Source: a virus. From it: a DNA stretch of 38,844 nucleotides. The first letter of the stretch is position 1; each line of letters starts with the position of its first letter. Shown here in pieces: positions 17,844 to 27,189 of the stretch. The notes beneath the pieces are model-generated. The model saw nothing but the letters and a program-made list of their open reading frames with translations, was not told the origin of the DNA and did not search any database. Both the position numbers and the translations under genes were made by a program. Location of the stretch: UHGV virus genome UHGV-0391210. One strand, 5' to 3'.

Positions 17844-17861
17844 TTACATCAACTCCTATTT

Positions 17862-18719
17862 CTACTCCACTGCAGTATGTACATAGATAGCCACTTTCTT
17901 GTTATCTTTCGCCTCTGCGATACCTACGGTACGATATCCGAACTTCCAAGCATCTGCATCCTGGTTTGCATCCGGTGTGATGATCTTAGATACAGTGTGC
18001 TTCTGATTCTGGATTACTGCATTCTTGTCAACAATCAAGAAATCAATCTTCTTACCGCCTGTTGTTGTAAAGCCGCCGGCTCCAGATGCTGTCAACGTGA
18101 CTTTGTCGAAAAATCTTCCCTCAGGAACTTCAATCACTCCAGCCCAGCCTTCCAGAACTTTCTTGGATGCCGTTGTATCAAGGTCCTCAATATCCCCTTT
18201 GAGTGCGGCAGAGATATACAGATAACAGGTTTCCGGCTTTGCCTCCGCATTTTTAATAGCAGTCTTGCCTTTTCTAATTGCTGCAATTCCGGCTTTCGCA
18301 TCTGCAATCGCTGCTGCCACTTTATTAGCAGATAGTGCGTATCCTGCATAAGATGCAAGTCTCCAAGCGTCAAGCTCCGGAACAACCTGTGTTCTCAAAA
18401 ATTCTCCAGAAAGACGTCCGAAGGCAACACCTGCAGACTCGATATTGTCCATAGCGTCCACAGTGAACATACGGCCTCGATCATAAGTACATTTCTTAGT
18501 CTCGTACTCAAGTGTCACGTCACCTGCAACATATCCTGTCTGCTTATTGTAATTTGCAAGACCGGACATCGTCATTTTCGGAATCAAAATTTCATTTGCG
18601 TTTGCACCCTCTCTCACAAGCTCATTCGGACCATCCAAAACCGCTGTCAAAGATGCCAGCTTGTAAACTTCGTCCAACATCGTAGAGTATGCTTTTCTTA
18701 ATGCAATTGTGTTCGCCAT
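17862..18719 (-). CDS. Major capsid protein
   Basis: 285 aa following the scaffold gene. Ala-rich, with compositional similarity to Firmicute siphovirus capsid proteins. Confidence 0.7.
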   Translation of the reverse strand: MANTIALRKAYSTMLDEVYKLASLTAVLDGPNELVREGANANEILIPKMTMSGLANYNKQTGYVAGDVTLEYETKKCTYDRGRMFTVDAMDNIESAGVAFGRLSGEFLRTQVVPELDAWRLASYAGYALSANKVAAAIADAKAGIAAIRKGKTAIKNAEAKPETCYLYISAALKGDIEDLDTTASKKVLEGWAGVIEVPEGRFFDKVTLTASGAGGFTTTGGKKIDFLIVDKNAVIQNQKHTVSKIITPDANQDADAWKFGYRTVGIAEAKDNKKVAIYVHTAVE

Positions 18720-18744
18720 ATCTTATTACCTCATTCTTTCAAAA

Positions 18745-19296
18745 TTATTTTTCTGCCGGAAGCCCCATGGCCGCTCTGATTGCTGACATATTATCTCCGC
18801 CAACATCAGCACCGCCTCCTGTTGCTCCGACTGCGTTCATGAATGGTTCATTAGAACCAAATAAATAAGCATCAGATTCCTTTACGGTTTCCAATGCTTT
18901 CTTGATGTCCTCAGACTGGTTTTTCGATCCTTTCAAAGCGTCAATATCAAGCATAGCCATGACCGCTTTTTCATTGCGTCCCCCGGCTGTCTTGATTGCT
19001 TCTTTGATCGTGTCGGAAAAGATGCGATCCGCTTCTTTGGCGGCATACTCAGCATCCTTGTCTTTCAGCTGCTGATTCAGCTTATCAATTTCTCCCTGCA
19101 TAGCTGTTGGGTCAACATCTTTAAACTTTTCCAAAGATTCCGTTGTGGTCTCAAGCTGACTCTTATAATTGTCACGCTCCCCCTCTGCTTTGGTAGTCTT
19201 TGCCTTTTCAGCGGCAATGTCTTTCCCGTTCTCTGCCATGATTTTATCAATGACATCCTGCTCCAATCCAAGTCCTTTTAAAAATTCTGTTTTCAT
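18745..19296 (-). CDS. Scaffolding protein
   Basis: Start at MKTEF, with RBS AAAGGAGAATGG. Acidic, coiled-coil, Lys/Glu-rich, upstream of the capsid gene. Confidence 0.7.
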   Translation of the reverse strand: MKTEFLKGLGLEQDVIDKIMAENGKDIAAEKAKTTKAEGERDNYKSQLETTTESLEKFKDVDPTAMQGEIDKLNQQLKDKDAEYAAKEADRIFSDTIKEAIKTAGGRNEKAVMAMLDIDALKGSKNQSEDIKKALETVKESDAYLFGSNEPFMNAVGATGGGADVGGDNMSAIRAAMGLPAEK

Positions 19297-19522
19297 GTTT
19301 CCATTCTCCTTTCGCATTAGGTTGTTTAAGGTGTGTAACCATCCACCACGAATTGACTGTTTAAGGTCTCATCTACTGACCAAAAAGGCATAAAAATAAC
19401 ACATATCTCTATGTGCTAATCTCTTAAAGTAACGCCTGCACCTGCTCTTTCAAGCTCTCCGGTACATTATCAATTGTCAAGTGTCCACCTTTAATTCTGT
19501 TTGCCAAAAACTGCGCCATAAT

Positions 19523-19810
19523 TTACACCTCCGCTTCCATTGTTGCAAGAATCAACTCCTGCACCGCCTGATCTGTGACTTCCTGTGCCGCCTGTGTTGC
19601 TTTCAAGTCTTTCTGCAGCTTGCCGTAGGCGCTCATACCATCATCCACTGCTTCATACTCTTTTATTACATTCTCCTCTGTCTCCGTATATCCGACAAAG
19701 ACAAGGTTACTAAATCCCTCTGGTTTCTCTTCCTTGAGTGGTTTGTAGCCCTCCTTTTTGATGGAGCTGATTCTCACAGTTCCGTTTTCCATTATTTTTG
19801 CATAGTTCAT
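19523..19810 (-). CDS. Hypothetical protein (head-module insertion)
   Basis: 95-aa ORF, tightly packed after the 506-aa ORF. Confidence 0.45.
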   Translation of the reverse strand: MNYAKIMENGTVRISSIKKEGYKPLKEEKPEGFSNLVFVGYTETEENVIKEYEAVDDGMSAYGKLQKDLKATQAAQEVTDQAVQELILATMEAEV

Positions 19811-19811
19811 A

Positions 19812-21332
19812 TTACTTCTCCTTTCGGTATGTTACTTTAATATCGGGGTCAAGCTCCCCTCCGTCCGCTGTGATAACTGTGGTTGGGTAGTAGGTTTTTA
19901 AGGCTCGGATAGCGTTCTGCTCGGACTGTTGGAGTGGGATGAATTCGGTGGTTTCTGATTTTCCGATAATATTGAGTGGGTATTCTTTCAATTTTGCTTT
20001 AATTTCAGAAGCTGTTTTCCCGTAAAACTCTTGAGTGTTAAGCGTATAAAGAAAATTATTATTGGCAATCCCGAATAAGACAAATGGTTCCCCGTTCGAC
20101 ATTTTCTTTGTATACAACTTGTCGCAATATCCAGTTTTTTCTTTCTTGTCAATATTTTTGACGTGAATAAAGAATCCGTTGGGCGCATACAAAGAAATGT
20201 CAGCGGTTTCATCAATTGTTGCTATCACGCTCCCATACAACCACCCAATCTGTCCGCCCTGTTCGACCAGTCTGTCCCATTTTGTAATAGGGCGGTCGGA
20301 TGTGAGGGTGAGTGTTTGTTCTTTGTAGGGTTCATATTCAGTTAATGTCTCTCCTAATTCGATTTGAATGTCCATTTCTTTTAGGATGTTTACATCCTCA
20401 CTCCGATAAAAAAATATGACATAAAAAACCCCATCATCTTTAGTCGTTATTTTTACGGAGTTTACATCATTGTTAAATGCTAACGCACCACCATAATATA
20501 TGCCGTTGTTAATCGCACCGTTGACATTTAAGCTTTTCCTTTTTGAGACTGTATACGTGGTATTCGGTTTTACCTTAAAAGTTGCATATTTCCAGTAGGT
20601 AGCATCTCCCTCTTTGTTCTGATAGTTTTCGCTTTCTGCGAAATAATTAACATCAAAAAGATTCTTTCCTACTACTTTCACATCAACTTCATACTTCTGT
20701 TTCTCCTCATTCCACTTCCCAGAGTTTTTAATTTCCTGCGGATATTCTGGGCTTGGGGATGGTTTACCGCCTGTGTATGGTTCGTAAGAAATGGATTTAG
20801 AGCCTTCATTTAACATGATTCCACCAGTGTTTTGTATCATACTCTTAACTCTTTCGAGATTGTTATTGACTCCTAAATAAATGTTTCCATCTTCCGGAGT
20901 CAATGTTTTATACTTGGAAATAGCTGCAGATCCGTGCGATAACCATGTTTTATCACTACCGTCCGGTTTTATCCCCACTGTCAGATGTTCGCCATTTTTG
21001 TTTGCATTTTTAGTAGATACTGTAACCGTACCGCTTACTGGAAATTTATAATAATAAAATCCGCTTCCTGATTGTGTTTTATCATAATTTTCGCTGTCAA
21101 AATCTAAAAGTAACTTTTCGTCAAATAGGTTAACGCCCGTAGTCTGCACCTGTTCCGTCTTACCACCAAGCTCCAACCTCTCAAGCGGCGCATCCAAGCT
21201 GTTCGGCAGTGCCAACATCCCTGCCCCCTCTAGCTCTACTTTATCGTAGTTCGGTGGCTGCGGAGTGGAGATTCCAAGAGGGCAGATCATATCCACTCCT
21301 ATGATTCCTGTTCCATCTACCATTTTAAGCAT
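19812..21332 (-). CDS. Large hypothetical protein inserted in the head morphogenesis module
   Basis: 506 aa, Tyr/Asn/Lys-rich and beta-rich by composition. No recognised family. Located between the Mu-F-like head protein and the scaffold. Confidence 0.55.
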   Translation of the reverse strand: MLKMVDGTGIIGVDMICPLGISTPQPPNYDKVELEGAGMLALPNSLDAPLERLELGGKTEQVQTTGVNLFDEKLLLDFDSENYDKTQSGSGFYYYKFPVSGTVTVSTKNANKNGEHLTVGIKPDGSDKTWLSHGSAAISKYKTLTPEDGNIYLGVNNNLERVKSMIQNTGGIMLNEGSKSISYEPYTGGKPSPSPEYPQEIKNSGKWNEEKQKYEVDVKVVGKNLFDVNYFAESENYQNKEGDATYWKYATFKVKPNTTYTVSKRKSLNVNGAINNGIYYGGALAFNNDVNSVKITTKDDGVFYVIFFYRSEDVNILKEMDIQIELGETLTEYEPYKEQTLTLTSDRPITKWDRLVEQGGQIGWLYGSVIATIDETADISLYAPNGFFIHVKNIDKKEKTGYCDKLYTKKMSNGEPFVLFGIANNNFLYTLNTQEFYGKTASEIKAKLKEYPLNIIGKSETTEFIPLQQSEQNAIRALKTYYPTTVITADGGELDPDIKVTYRKEK

Positions 21333-21598
21333 TGTACTTCTACTCCTTTTTCGCTGGTTGCTGTGGGGATGATTTGGACGAGGTTACTCTTTCCACCGCC
21401 GTAAGAACCGTACTGCAATCGCTGTGCAGTCTGCGCCGGAATCAGTACACTTTGTTCTTTTGTCGCGTCCCTTTCCAGAGATGCGTAGATATCACCGTCC
21501 GTGAAATTCTTGACCAGAAATTCTGATGACTCCACCTCGAATTCAAAAATCAATGTTGCTTCCGCTGTCGGTTGTCTGATTACTTTTACTTTACTCAT
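21317..21598 (-). CDS. Hypothetical protein
   Basis: 93-aa ORF, coupled to neighbours on both sides. Confidence 0.45.
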   Translation of the reverse strand: MSKVKVIRQPTAEATLIFEFEVESSEFLVKNFTDGDIYASLERDATKEQSVLIPAQTAQRLQYGSYGGGKSNLVQIIPTATSEKGVEVQCLKW

Positions 21599-22797
21599 TT
21601 CCTAAACCTCCTAAATCGTTTTGGTACGGGTGCCACTCTGCCGCGCATATCGTAATAGATGCGCTCTCTTTCTTGTTGTAGACCCATTCTCTTGCAAAAT
21701 CTGGTGTATTCTCCAAGCTGTCCTTGATATTTTGCTTTCGCAAGCATCACATCGTCTGGATCAGCACCACCCTGTTTTAATAGCACAGCCTTTTCTCTCT
21801 GTGCCCTCATTGCCGTTTCCATTTTCCGCTGTTGCTGTCTGGCTTCGTATAAGGTGTATTCCTTGCCGTTAAATGTCTTAGGTATACTTTCCTTGCGGTT
21901 CTGCTCTACAAGCCAAGAATCAGACCAATTCCGCTCCGAGACGCCTTTTACAAAAGGGTAATACTCATGGTAACAGTTTGCTCCAAGTAGTCCGGTAACT
22001 GTTCCAAGACCGCATACCGTGACAAGTTCTTTCTTACTCCATACCTTGCCTTGCCAAACAGCGTGTGATGGTCTTGCTCCGGCGTGCCACGCGACTTCGT
22101 AATGCTCTGTCCCAAGCTTATCGGCGTTCATTTCTGATATTTTCCCGGTAAGCTGTGACACACCCGTCATAACCGCTCTCCTTGCCGCCACATCTACCCT
22201 GCTATGCCACCCAGAAGCGTAGTCAATGCTTCTGAGTCCGCTGTTTGTGAGTTGAGTAACCACCTTGCGAATCATGGTATTGTAGTCAAACGTGCCGTAT
22301 ACAACACCTGTAATAGCTTGGTCGAGATATCCTTGGTAGATGTCGGACAATGGAGTCATAACGAGCCTACCGCCGCCATAATCCACATAAAATCCCATGG
22401 ACTTTGTGACGTTCCGCAGATCATCATTGCTCTGCCGGATGAATCCATCTGTAAGCTGTTGCAACTCCTTATTATCCTCGTAAGAGATATATTCTGCATT
22501 GACCTGCTCGTAGATGTCTTTATTACGGACATATTCCCAGTCGATTACCTTGTCGTACAGCTCAAACACTTCCGGATAGGACAGATTCAGCGTGGTTTTT
22601 ATCATCTTTTCGATGTCCTCAGAAGAGTACCCAATAATCTGTAGTCGGTTAATCTGCCAGTCGGCTGTGCTTGTGATTTTTCCCGCTTTTTTAATCCGGC
22701 GAACAATGTCCTCGAGAATCATCTGTTCCAAATCAAGAAAATGCTTCTCGATCTGTCCGGATAGCTGCTTTTTGTAGTCTTCCCTCAATTGGTTCAC
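21595..22797 (-). CDS. Minor head protein (phage Mu F / SPP1 gp7 head morphogenesis family)
   Basis: 400 aa. 'HAGARPSHAVWQGKVW' is the conserved F-like core. It immediately follows the portal gene. Confidence 0.8.
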   Translation of the reverse strand: MNQLREDYKKQLSGQIEKHFLDLEQMILEDIVRRIKKAGKITSTADWQINRLQIIGYSSEDIEKMIKTTLNLSYPEVFELYDKVIDWEYVRNKDIYEQVNAEYISYEDNKELQQLTDGFIRQSNDDLRNVTKSMGFYVDYGGGRLVMTPLSDIYQGYLDQAITGVVYGTFDYNTMIRKVVTQLTNSGLRSIDYASGWHSRVDVAARRAVMTGVSQLTGKISEMNADKLGTEHYEVAWHAGARPSHAVWQGKVWSKKELVTVCGLGTVTGLLGANCYHEYYPFVKGVSERNWSDSWLVEQNRKESIPKTFNGKEYTLYEARQQQRKMETAMRAQREKAVLLKQGGADPDDVMLAKAKYQGQLGEYTRFCKRMGLQQERERIYYDMRGRVAPVPKRFRRFRK

Positions 22798-24150
22798 CTA
22801 CTCCATTACTTCGATCTGCTCTGGCAACATCTTTTTCGCTGTGGCTTCGTCCTCGTTGTACCACTTCATGCGGTATTCCAAATGCGACATCACTCCCATA
22901 CTCACGTCCTGTCTGTCCTGCTGACGCTCTGTTTCCTCATCGGTCAGTATGGAATCGTTGAATTTGCAAGAGAACTCATATCCCGAATTAAGCATACTGT
23001 TGTAGAATGCAAGCCCTGCGGCAAAGTCCTCTAAGCAATCGTATAAGTTGTTCTGGATCGCCGTCACTCGGTTGTACTTGCGGTTCTTCGATGCCTTGAT
23101 CTCCGTAGCTGTCTTTGCTACTTCCTGCGCATCTGACAGGTCTCCATAAGCAAGACCTACGGAAAATTCAATCTCACGTTTGTATTCCTCCAACCCACGC
23201 TTAAAGGCTTCGTCCCTCATTTCTGGGGAGTATTCTTTTAAGAGTTCTTGGTCTTTTCCAACGTCCAGATTCATTCCTCGATACAATTTGTTTTTGAGTT
23301 TTGGGAGTCCAAACTTCCCGGTTGCCTTATCTTGTTTAAGTGCTCTATTATCCACATGGATAGCACGCTCACCCGATTCGTATTCCCAGTCAAGCCTTGC
23401 CCCCTGTGTATCAGTTTTCCGGATCAGTGCAACTGCCGACTCGTACACCGACACTCCGCAGGCAGAACCATCTATTTTATTTTTAATTGGATTGCGATAA
23501 TATCCAAAGTCCATACGGTTCATGCCGGGATAGGTAATCGGTCCAGGTAGGATATTCTCCCATTCTTCCACCGCTTCTAGGCTGCATGGAAGACCGATAT
23601 CATTCGCTGTCTGAGAGTGGAAACACTTGTTTTCTATAGTCAGATTCCCGTCAATGAAATAGTGCCGTTCAAGCCTTGTGAAATAATCAGCGTCCCCAAC
23701 CTTTTTTACGGTCAGAAATGCAATATCATTTGGCTTTCCATCATCCCCAAAGCTGATCGGGATGATCTTGTCGGCAGAAACAAATTCAGCAGCCGATTCT
23801 CCCAGTGGCTTCAGGACAAACGACCCCAGTGCAAGTCCTTCCTGTAGGTTCTCATTTAGGCTTGCGATATTCTTCTGGTAAATTTTGTCTAACCGTTCGT
23901 TACTTACGCTGGTTTCCATTTCCACCAGCGCACAGTCCGCAAACTCTCGGCAGATTCCATCTTCAATCCCGAGGGAAACAATGCTGTCAGAAATCCAATC
24001 TGCATCATCATTTAACATCTGTCTCCATCTGTTGATTGCATCTATCATGTCGTTGGATAGTGCGATATCCTTGCCGATGATCTGTTTTAATGTCGTGTAC
24101 CCAAACATCCTCATGATTCCTTTCCATACTCTCTTAATTCCATCAAACAT
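22798..24150 (-). CDS. Portal protein
   Basis: 450 aa between TerL and the Mu-F-like head protein. SPP1-type portal composition. Confidence 0.8.
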   Translation of the reverse strand: MFDGIKRVWKGIMRMFGYTTLKQIIGKDIALSNDMIDAINRWRQMLNDDADWISDSIVSLGIEDGICREFADCALVEMETSVSNERLDKIYQKNIASLNENLQEGLALGSFVLKPLGESAAEFVSADKIIPISFGDDGKPNDIAFLTVKKVGDADYFTRLERHYFIDGNLTIENKCFHSQTANDIGLPCSLEAVEEWENILPGPITYPGMNRMDFGYYRNPIKNKIDGSACGVSVYESAVALIRKTDTQGARLDWEYESGERAIHVDNRALKQDKATGKFGLPKLKNKLYRGMNLDVGKDQELLKEYSPEMRDEAFKRGLEEYKREIEFSVGLAYGDLSDAQEVAKTATEIKASKNRKYNRVTAIQNNLYDCLEDFAAGLAFYNSMLNSGYEFSCKFNDSILTDEETERQQDRQDVSMGVMSHLEYRMKWYNEDEATAKKMLPEQIEVME

Positions 24151-25477
24151 CTTCCACCTCTTCGATTAGGTATTTCATGTCACGTTCGATCGTGTACTCA
24201 AACGCATCCAAGCTGTCAATGTCAGTGCTGCCATCGTCCAAGCGTTCGTCTTTGTCCTTTACTTCTTTGTCCCACACTGCATCCGAAAAAGCAGTTTGCA
24301 GAGATTCGCAGTCTTTTGTAATAAAAAACCGCCCAGCCCCCATGAGCTTGACGGTGCATCTGATTCTGTCGTTTATAGGTCTTTTCTTTGCTGGTTTGAC
24401 AGCTATCCACGGAAATTCCTTTTCCACGGCATTGCGGATAGAATTACCAAGGACGGTTTCTGCATTGTCCCAGAATACGGACTCTACGTTACAATACTGT
24501 ACATAGTCTCCACTCTTCACGCACACAGAGTAATCATCTATCACTTCTTGTACAAACTCACAGAACAGCTCATTCAGTCGGTTGCTGTCGATATCCTCTT
24601 TCTCATCTTTTGCCATGACTCTTCTGGATTTTAAAGCAATCACGTCTCTGTAATCGTCCGTATATCCTCTGGCAACGAATGAGTGACCAGATTGATTACC
24701 ACCAAAGTCCAAGCCAATCTCGATTGATGTGATATCCTCTTTTCGGAATTGCTTATGCTCTGATTCCTGTGAGAGATTATCCACGATTTCGCACCGGAAC
24801 GCTTCCGGATTGTCTGCGAACCTCTTGTAGATTGATCCGTCAGCCCTTTTCCATAACCCCAGGATGAGGCGGTCATAATAGATTGTACCATCATATTCCT
24901 TGCAGAGTTGCTTAACAAATTCTGGATCCAGAAATGGATTATCAAATATCGTGTACTTTTGGAGATAGATGTCCAGCTCTACATTGTCGATGAACTCTTT
25001 GAGCCAGTGCGTCGGATGTTCCGGGTTGCAAGCTCCATCAAAGCAGGAGTACGTCTTATCGAGACGGGATTTAAGCATCTGGAACACCTCTTTGTTCCAT
25101 TTTGCGATCTCATCACCATAGCAGTACTTAATGGACGCTCCCTGTATCTTTGCAACCTGACTGACCTTTTCCGCTCCGAGACAATAAACATCCTCTCCGC
25201 ATACTCTGGCTACATTCCGGTTGTTAATGTTCCCGATAAGGTCGCTGGTATAGATTTCTCTCATTGGCTGTAGGACGTTTCGCTCTATGGATTCTTTGGA
25301 GACACCCATGATTACATTTAAGCCGGGAAGTCCAGCTCTCTCTCGGATTCTTTTAGGCACGATATAAGCAGTATCAACAAAAGACTTTCCAGAACGAACC
25401 GCTCCGGACTTGATATTCCATCTATGAGTTGCGTTTATGATGTATTCATTCTGTTTCTTGCTTAGCTGCATTGTCAT
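24143..25477 (-). CDS. Terminase large subunit (PBSX/Terminase_6 type)
   Basis: 444 aa. Walker A 'KSGAVRSGKS' near the N-terminus. An acidic nuclease half. Confidence 0.85.
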   Translation of the reverse strand: MTMQLSKKQNEYIINATHRWNIKSGAVRSGKSFVDTAYIVPKRIRERAGLPGLNVIMGVSKESIERNVLQPMREIYTSDLIGNINNRNVARVCGEDVYCLGAEKVSQVAKIQGASIKYCYGDEIAKWNKEVFQMLKSRLDKTYSCFDGACNPEHPTHWLKEFIDNVELDIYLQKYTIFDNPFLDPEFVKQLCKEYDGTIYYDRLILGLWKRADGSIYKRFADNPEAFRCEIVDNLSQESEHKQFRKEDITSIEIGLDFGGNQSGHSFVARGYTDDYRDVIALKSRRVMAKDEKEDIDSNRLNELFCEFVQEVIDDYSVCVKSGDYVQYCNVESVFWDNAETVLGNSIRNAVEKEFPWIAVKPAKKRPINDRIRCTVKLMGAGRFFITKDCESLQTAFSDAVWDKEVKDKDERLDDGSTDIDSLDAFEYTIERDMKYLIEEVEDV

Positions 25478-25913
25478 GCAATCCTTTCAAGATTTCATCC
25501 AGCTTCTCAATCGCTGTCCTATCTTCATATTCCTGCTTATCTCTCCACTTGTCCGGTTTCCGGTTCTTCAACCAGAAGATCTGGGCTGTAGTGTCCGGCG
25601 CTACTTGCTTTGTGACCTTTTTCGTAGTTTTCATCTCATCAAGTTCCGGTATGTATTCCCTGGTCGTTTCCGTGTACTCATATCCAAGCGCACGTTTTAG
25701 CAAAGCATTCTCGACTTGACGATCGACAACCTCTTTTCCTCTTTTTAGGGTGTCCGAAATGTCCGAATACTTGTCTTTCCAGCTATTTAATGTGCTTCTG
25801 GAAATCCCGATATTATCTGCAATCTGCTCGTCCGTCAGACCATCTCTCGCCCATCCCTCTATCTTCAGCAAGCCTTCCGGCTCTAGCCACTCTTGATATT
25901 TACCTTTTGCCAT
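25446..25913 (-). CDS. Terminase small subunit
   Basis: Start at MAKGKYQEW, with RBS AAAGGTGGTGAG. The HTH-like 'LTDEQIADNIGISRSTLNSW' is typical of TerS. It overlaps the TerL start. Confidence 0.75.
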   Translation of the reverse strand: MAKGKYQEWLEPEGLLKIEGWARDGLTDEQIADNIGISRSTLNSWKDKYSDISDTLKRGKEVVDRQVENALLKRALGYEYTETTREYIPELDEMKTTKKVTKQVAPDTTAQIFWLKNRKPDKWRDKQEYEDRTAIEKLDEILKGLHDNAAKQETE

Positions 25914-26073
25914 CCGACTCACCACCTTTGTAACATAATAAAAGCACCCATCTCTGGATGCTAAGAATTTAGGACTACTGCTGAAAGAATTAATAACGCC
26001 AACAAAAACCAAAATAACCAAATACACAATCAAAATTTATAAGAAAAAGGAGGAACCTTGCAGTAGTCCACAA

Positions 26074-26146
26074 CGGGTATAGTAGGACTCGAACCTACGA
26101 CACATCGGTTAACAGCCGATTGCTCTACCAATTGAGCTATACACCC
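26074..26146 (-). tRNA. tRNA-Asn (anticodon GUU)
   Basis: Cloverleaf drawn by hand. Acceptor GGGTGTA/TATACCC, D-arm GCTC/GAGC, anticodon arm ATCGG-CTGTTAA-CCGAT, T-arm GTAGG-TTCGAGT-CCTAC. Confidence 0.85.
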
Positions 26147-26337
26147 GTAGGATGCCTTTTATTGACACCCTTTACCCTATCCGCACTCGGGTACTGACAC
26201 TAAATATAGATTGCTGAATCTATTTTTGTTTGTTTTGCAGATCTGCGGATATCTGCGTTTTGGTACCATTTGTGATGTAAGTCCGGTGTGCACTCCCCAG
26301 AACAGACCTCAGCTGTGCAGCCTGCATACTCACATCA

Positions 26338-26409
26338 CAAAGCGGAGCACTTGGAATCGAACCAAGGACACAGGGCGCGACCCTGCGCATCTACCATTGA
26401 TGCTATACT
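26338..26409 (-). ncRNA. Degenerate tRNA-like element (His-like G-1, canonical T-arm and acceptor, aberrant anticodon arm)
   Basis: Acceptor CGGAGTA/TGCTCCG with an extra 5' G. T-arm CTTGG-TTCGATT-CCAAG. D-arm GCAT/ATGC. The anticodon region CAGGG-TCGCG-CCCTG has only a 5-nt loop. Confidence 0.35.
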
Positions 26410-26413
26410 CCGC

Positions 26414-26453
26414 ATAAAAAACCGCCAGACGAGAAAGGGCAGAAGTCCGGCGG
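26414..26453 (-). terminator. Rho-independent terminator after the late-regulator gene
   Basis: On the minus strand: CCGCCGGAC...GTCTGGCGG hairpin followed by UUUUUUAU. Confidence 0.55.
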
Positions 26454-26555
26454 TGTTCCGAATGTTGTTTGGAAAGCTTTTGGAGTCTTTCTTCTAACTC
26501 CATGTTATACTATATATTATTTAAAGCGGACAATGTGGACAAAACGGACAAACTT

Positions 26556-26972
26556 CTATTTTTCTTTCATCCACCTCTGAAATTCTTTCCTTGCGCTTTC
26601 TCCTGTGCAATTCCCTTTCATCTTCGCAGCCACTTCATCCCATGTCAGTCCTTGCATCACCTTGAACCGGATAATCCGCTGCATCCTTACCGGAGCTTTA
26701 TTGATTACTCGCTCTGCTTTTACTTTAATCCGCTTTGCGTTCAGCTTTCGTTCTTCCAACAACCGTTCCTCTTCGTCTATATTCACCGTGTTCTCTACAC
26801 ATCCAGAGATATTAAAGCTCTGTGGTTGGTACGGAAACTCTGGATTGCTGCCTGTCACTTTATCCTGCACAAACGTCTTTCTTCTGTGCCGTCTGATATC
26901 TTCCTCTGTCTCTTTCACAAGTGCTTTCGCATCCATGTACTCATAGATTATATTCTTATCCACCTCAATCAC
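26556..26972 (-). CDS. Late-gene transcriptional activator (ArpU/RinA-like, sigma-70 region-4-like HTH)
   Basis: 138 aa. The C-terminal 'RMQRIIRFKVMQGLTWDEVAAKM...ESARKEFQRW' follows the sigma region-4 pattern. It sits immediately upstream of the tRNAs and terS, as phage ArpU/RinA regulators do. Confidence 0.65.
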   Translation of the reverse strand: MIEVDKNIIYEYMDAKALVKETEEDIRRHRRKTFVQDKVTGSNPEFPYQPQSFNISGCVENTVNIDEEERLLEERKLNAKRIKVKAERVINKAPVRMQRIIRFKVMQGLTWDEVAAKMKGNCTGESARKEFQRWMKEK

Positions 26973-27189
26973 CTCCCGGAATTGGCTTTTTGATGTTGTA
27001 CTTGCTTGCTATGTATCCTAGAGTGTCCGTATTTGTTCTGTCAGCCCTTTTAAAATCACAGGCAAAGGCTTTATGCCCCTTTTGCTTTAAAGCGGTCTCA
27101 CAGGGCTTTCTCGTTGCCATATCATGTGCATCTATCTTTCGGATAACTCCTGCTGTCTCCTTTCTACGTTTCATGCTCTCTCTGGTCAT
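26965..27189 (-). CDS. Hypothetical small basic protein
   Basis: 74-aa ORF coupled to the downstream regulator gene. Confidence 0.4.
   Translation of the reverse strand: MTRESMKRRKETAGVIRKIDAHDMATRKPCETALKQKGHKAFACDFKRADRTNTDTLGYIASKYNIKKPIPGGD

Noticed and set aside
26965-27189. HNH endonuclease call for the 74-aa ORF next to the late regulator (HNH genes are common near terminases)
   Set aside because: No HNH or zinc-finger motif could be identified by eye, so it is left as hypothetical.
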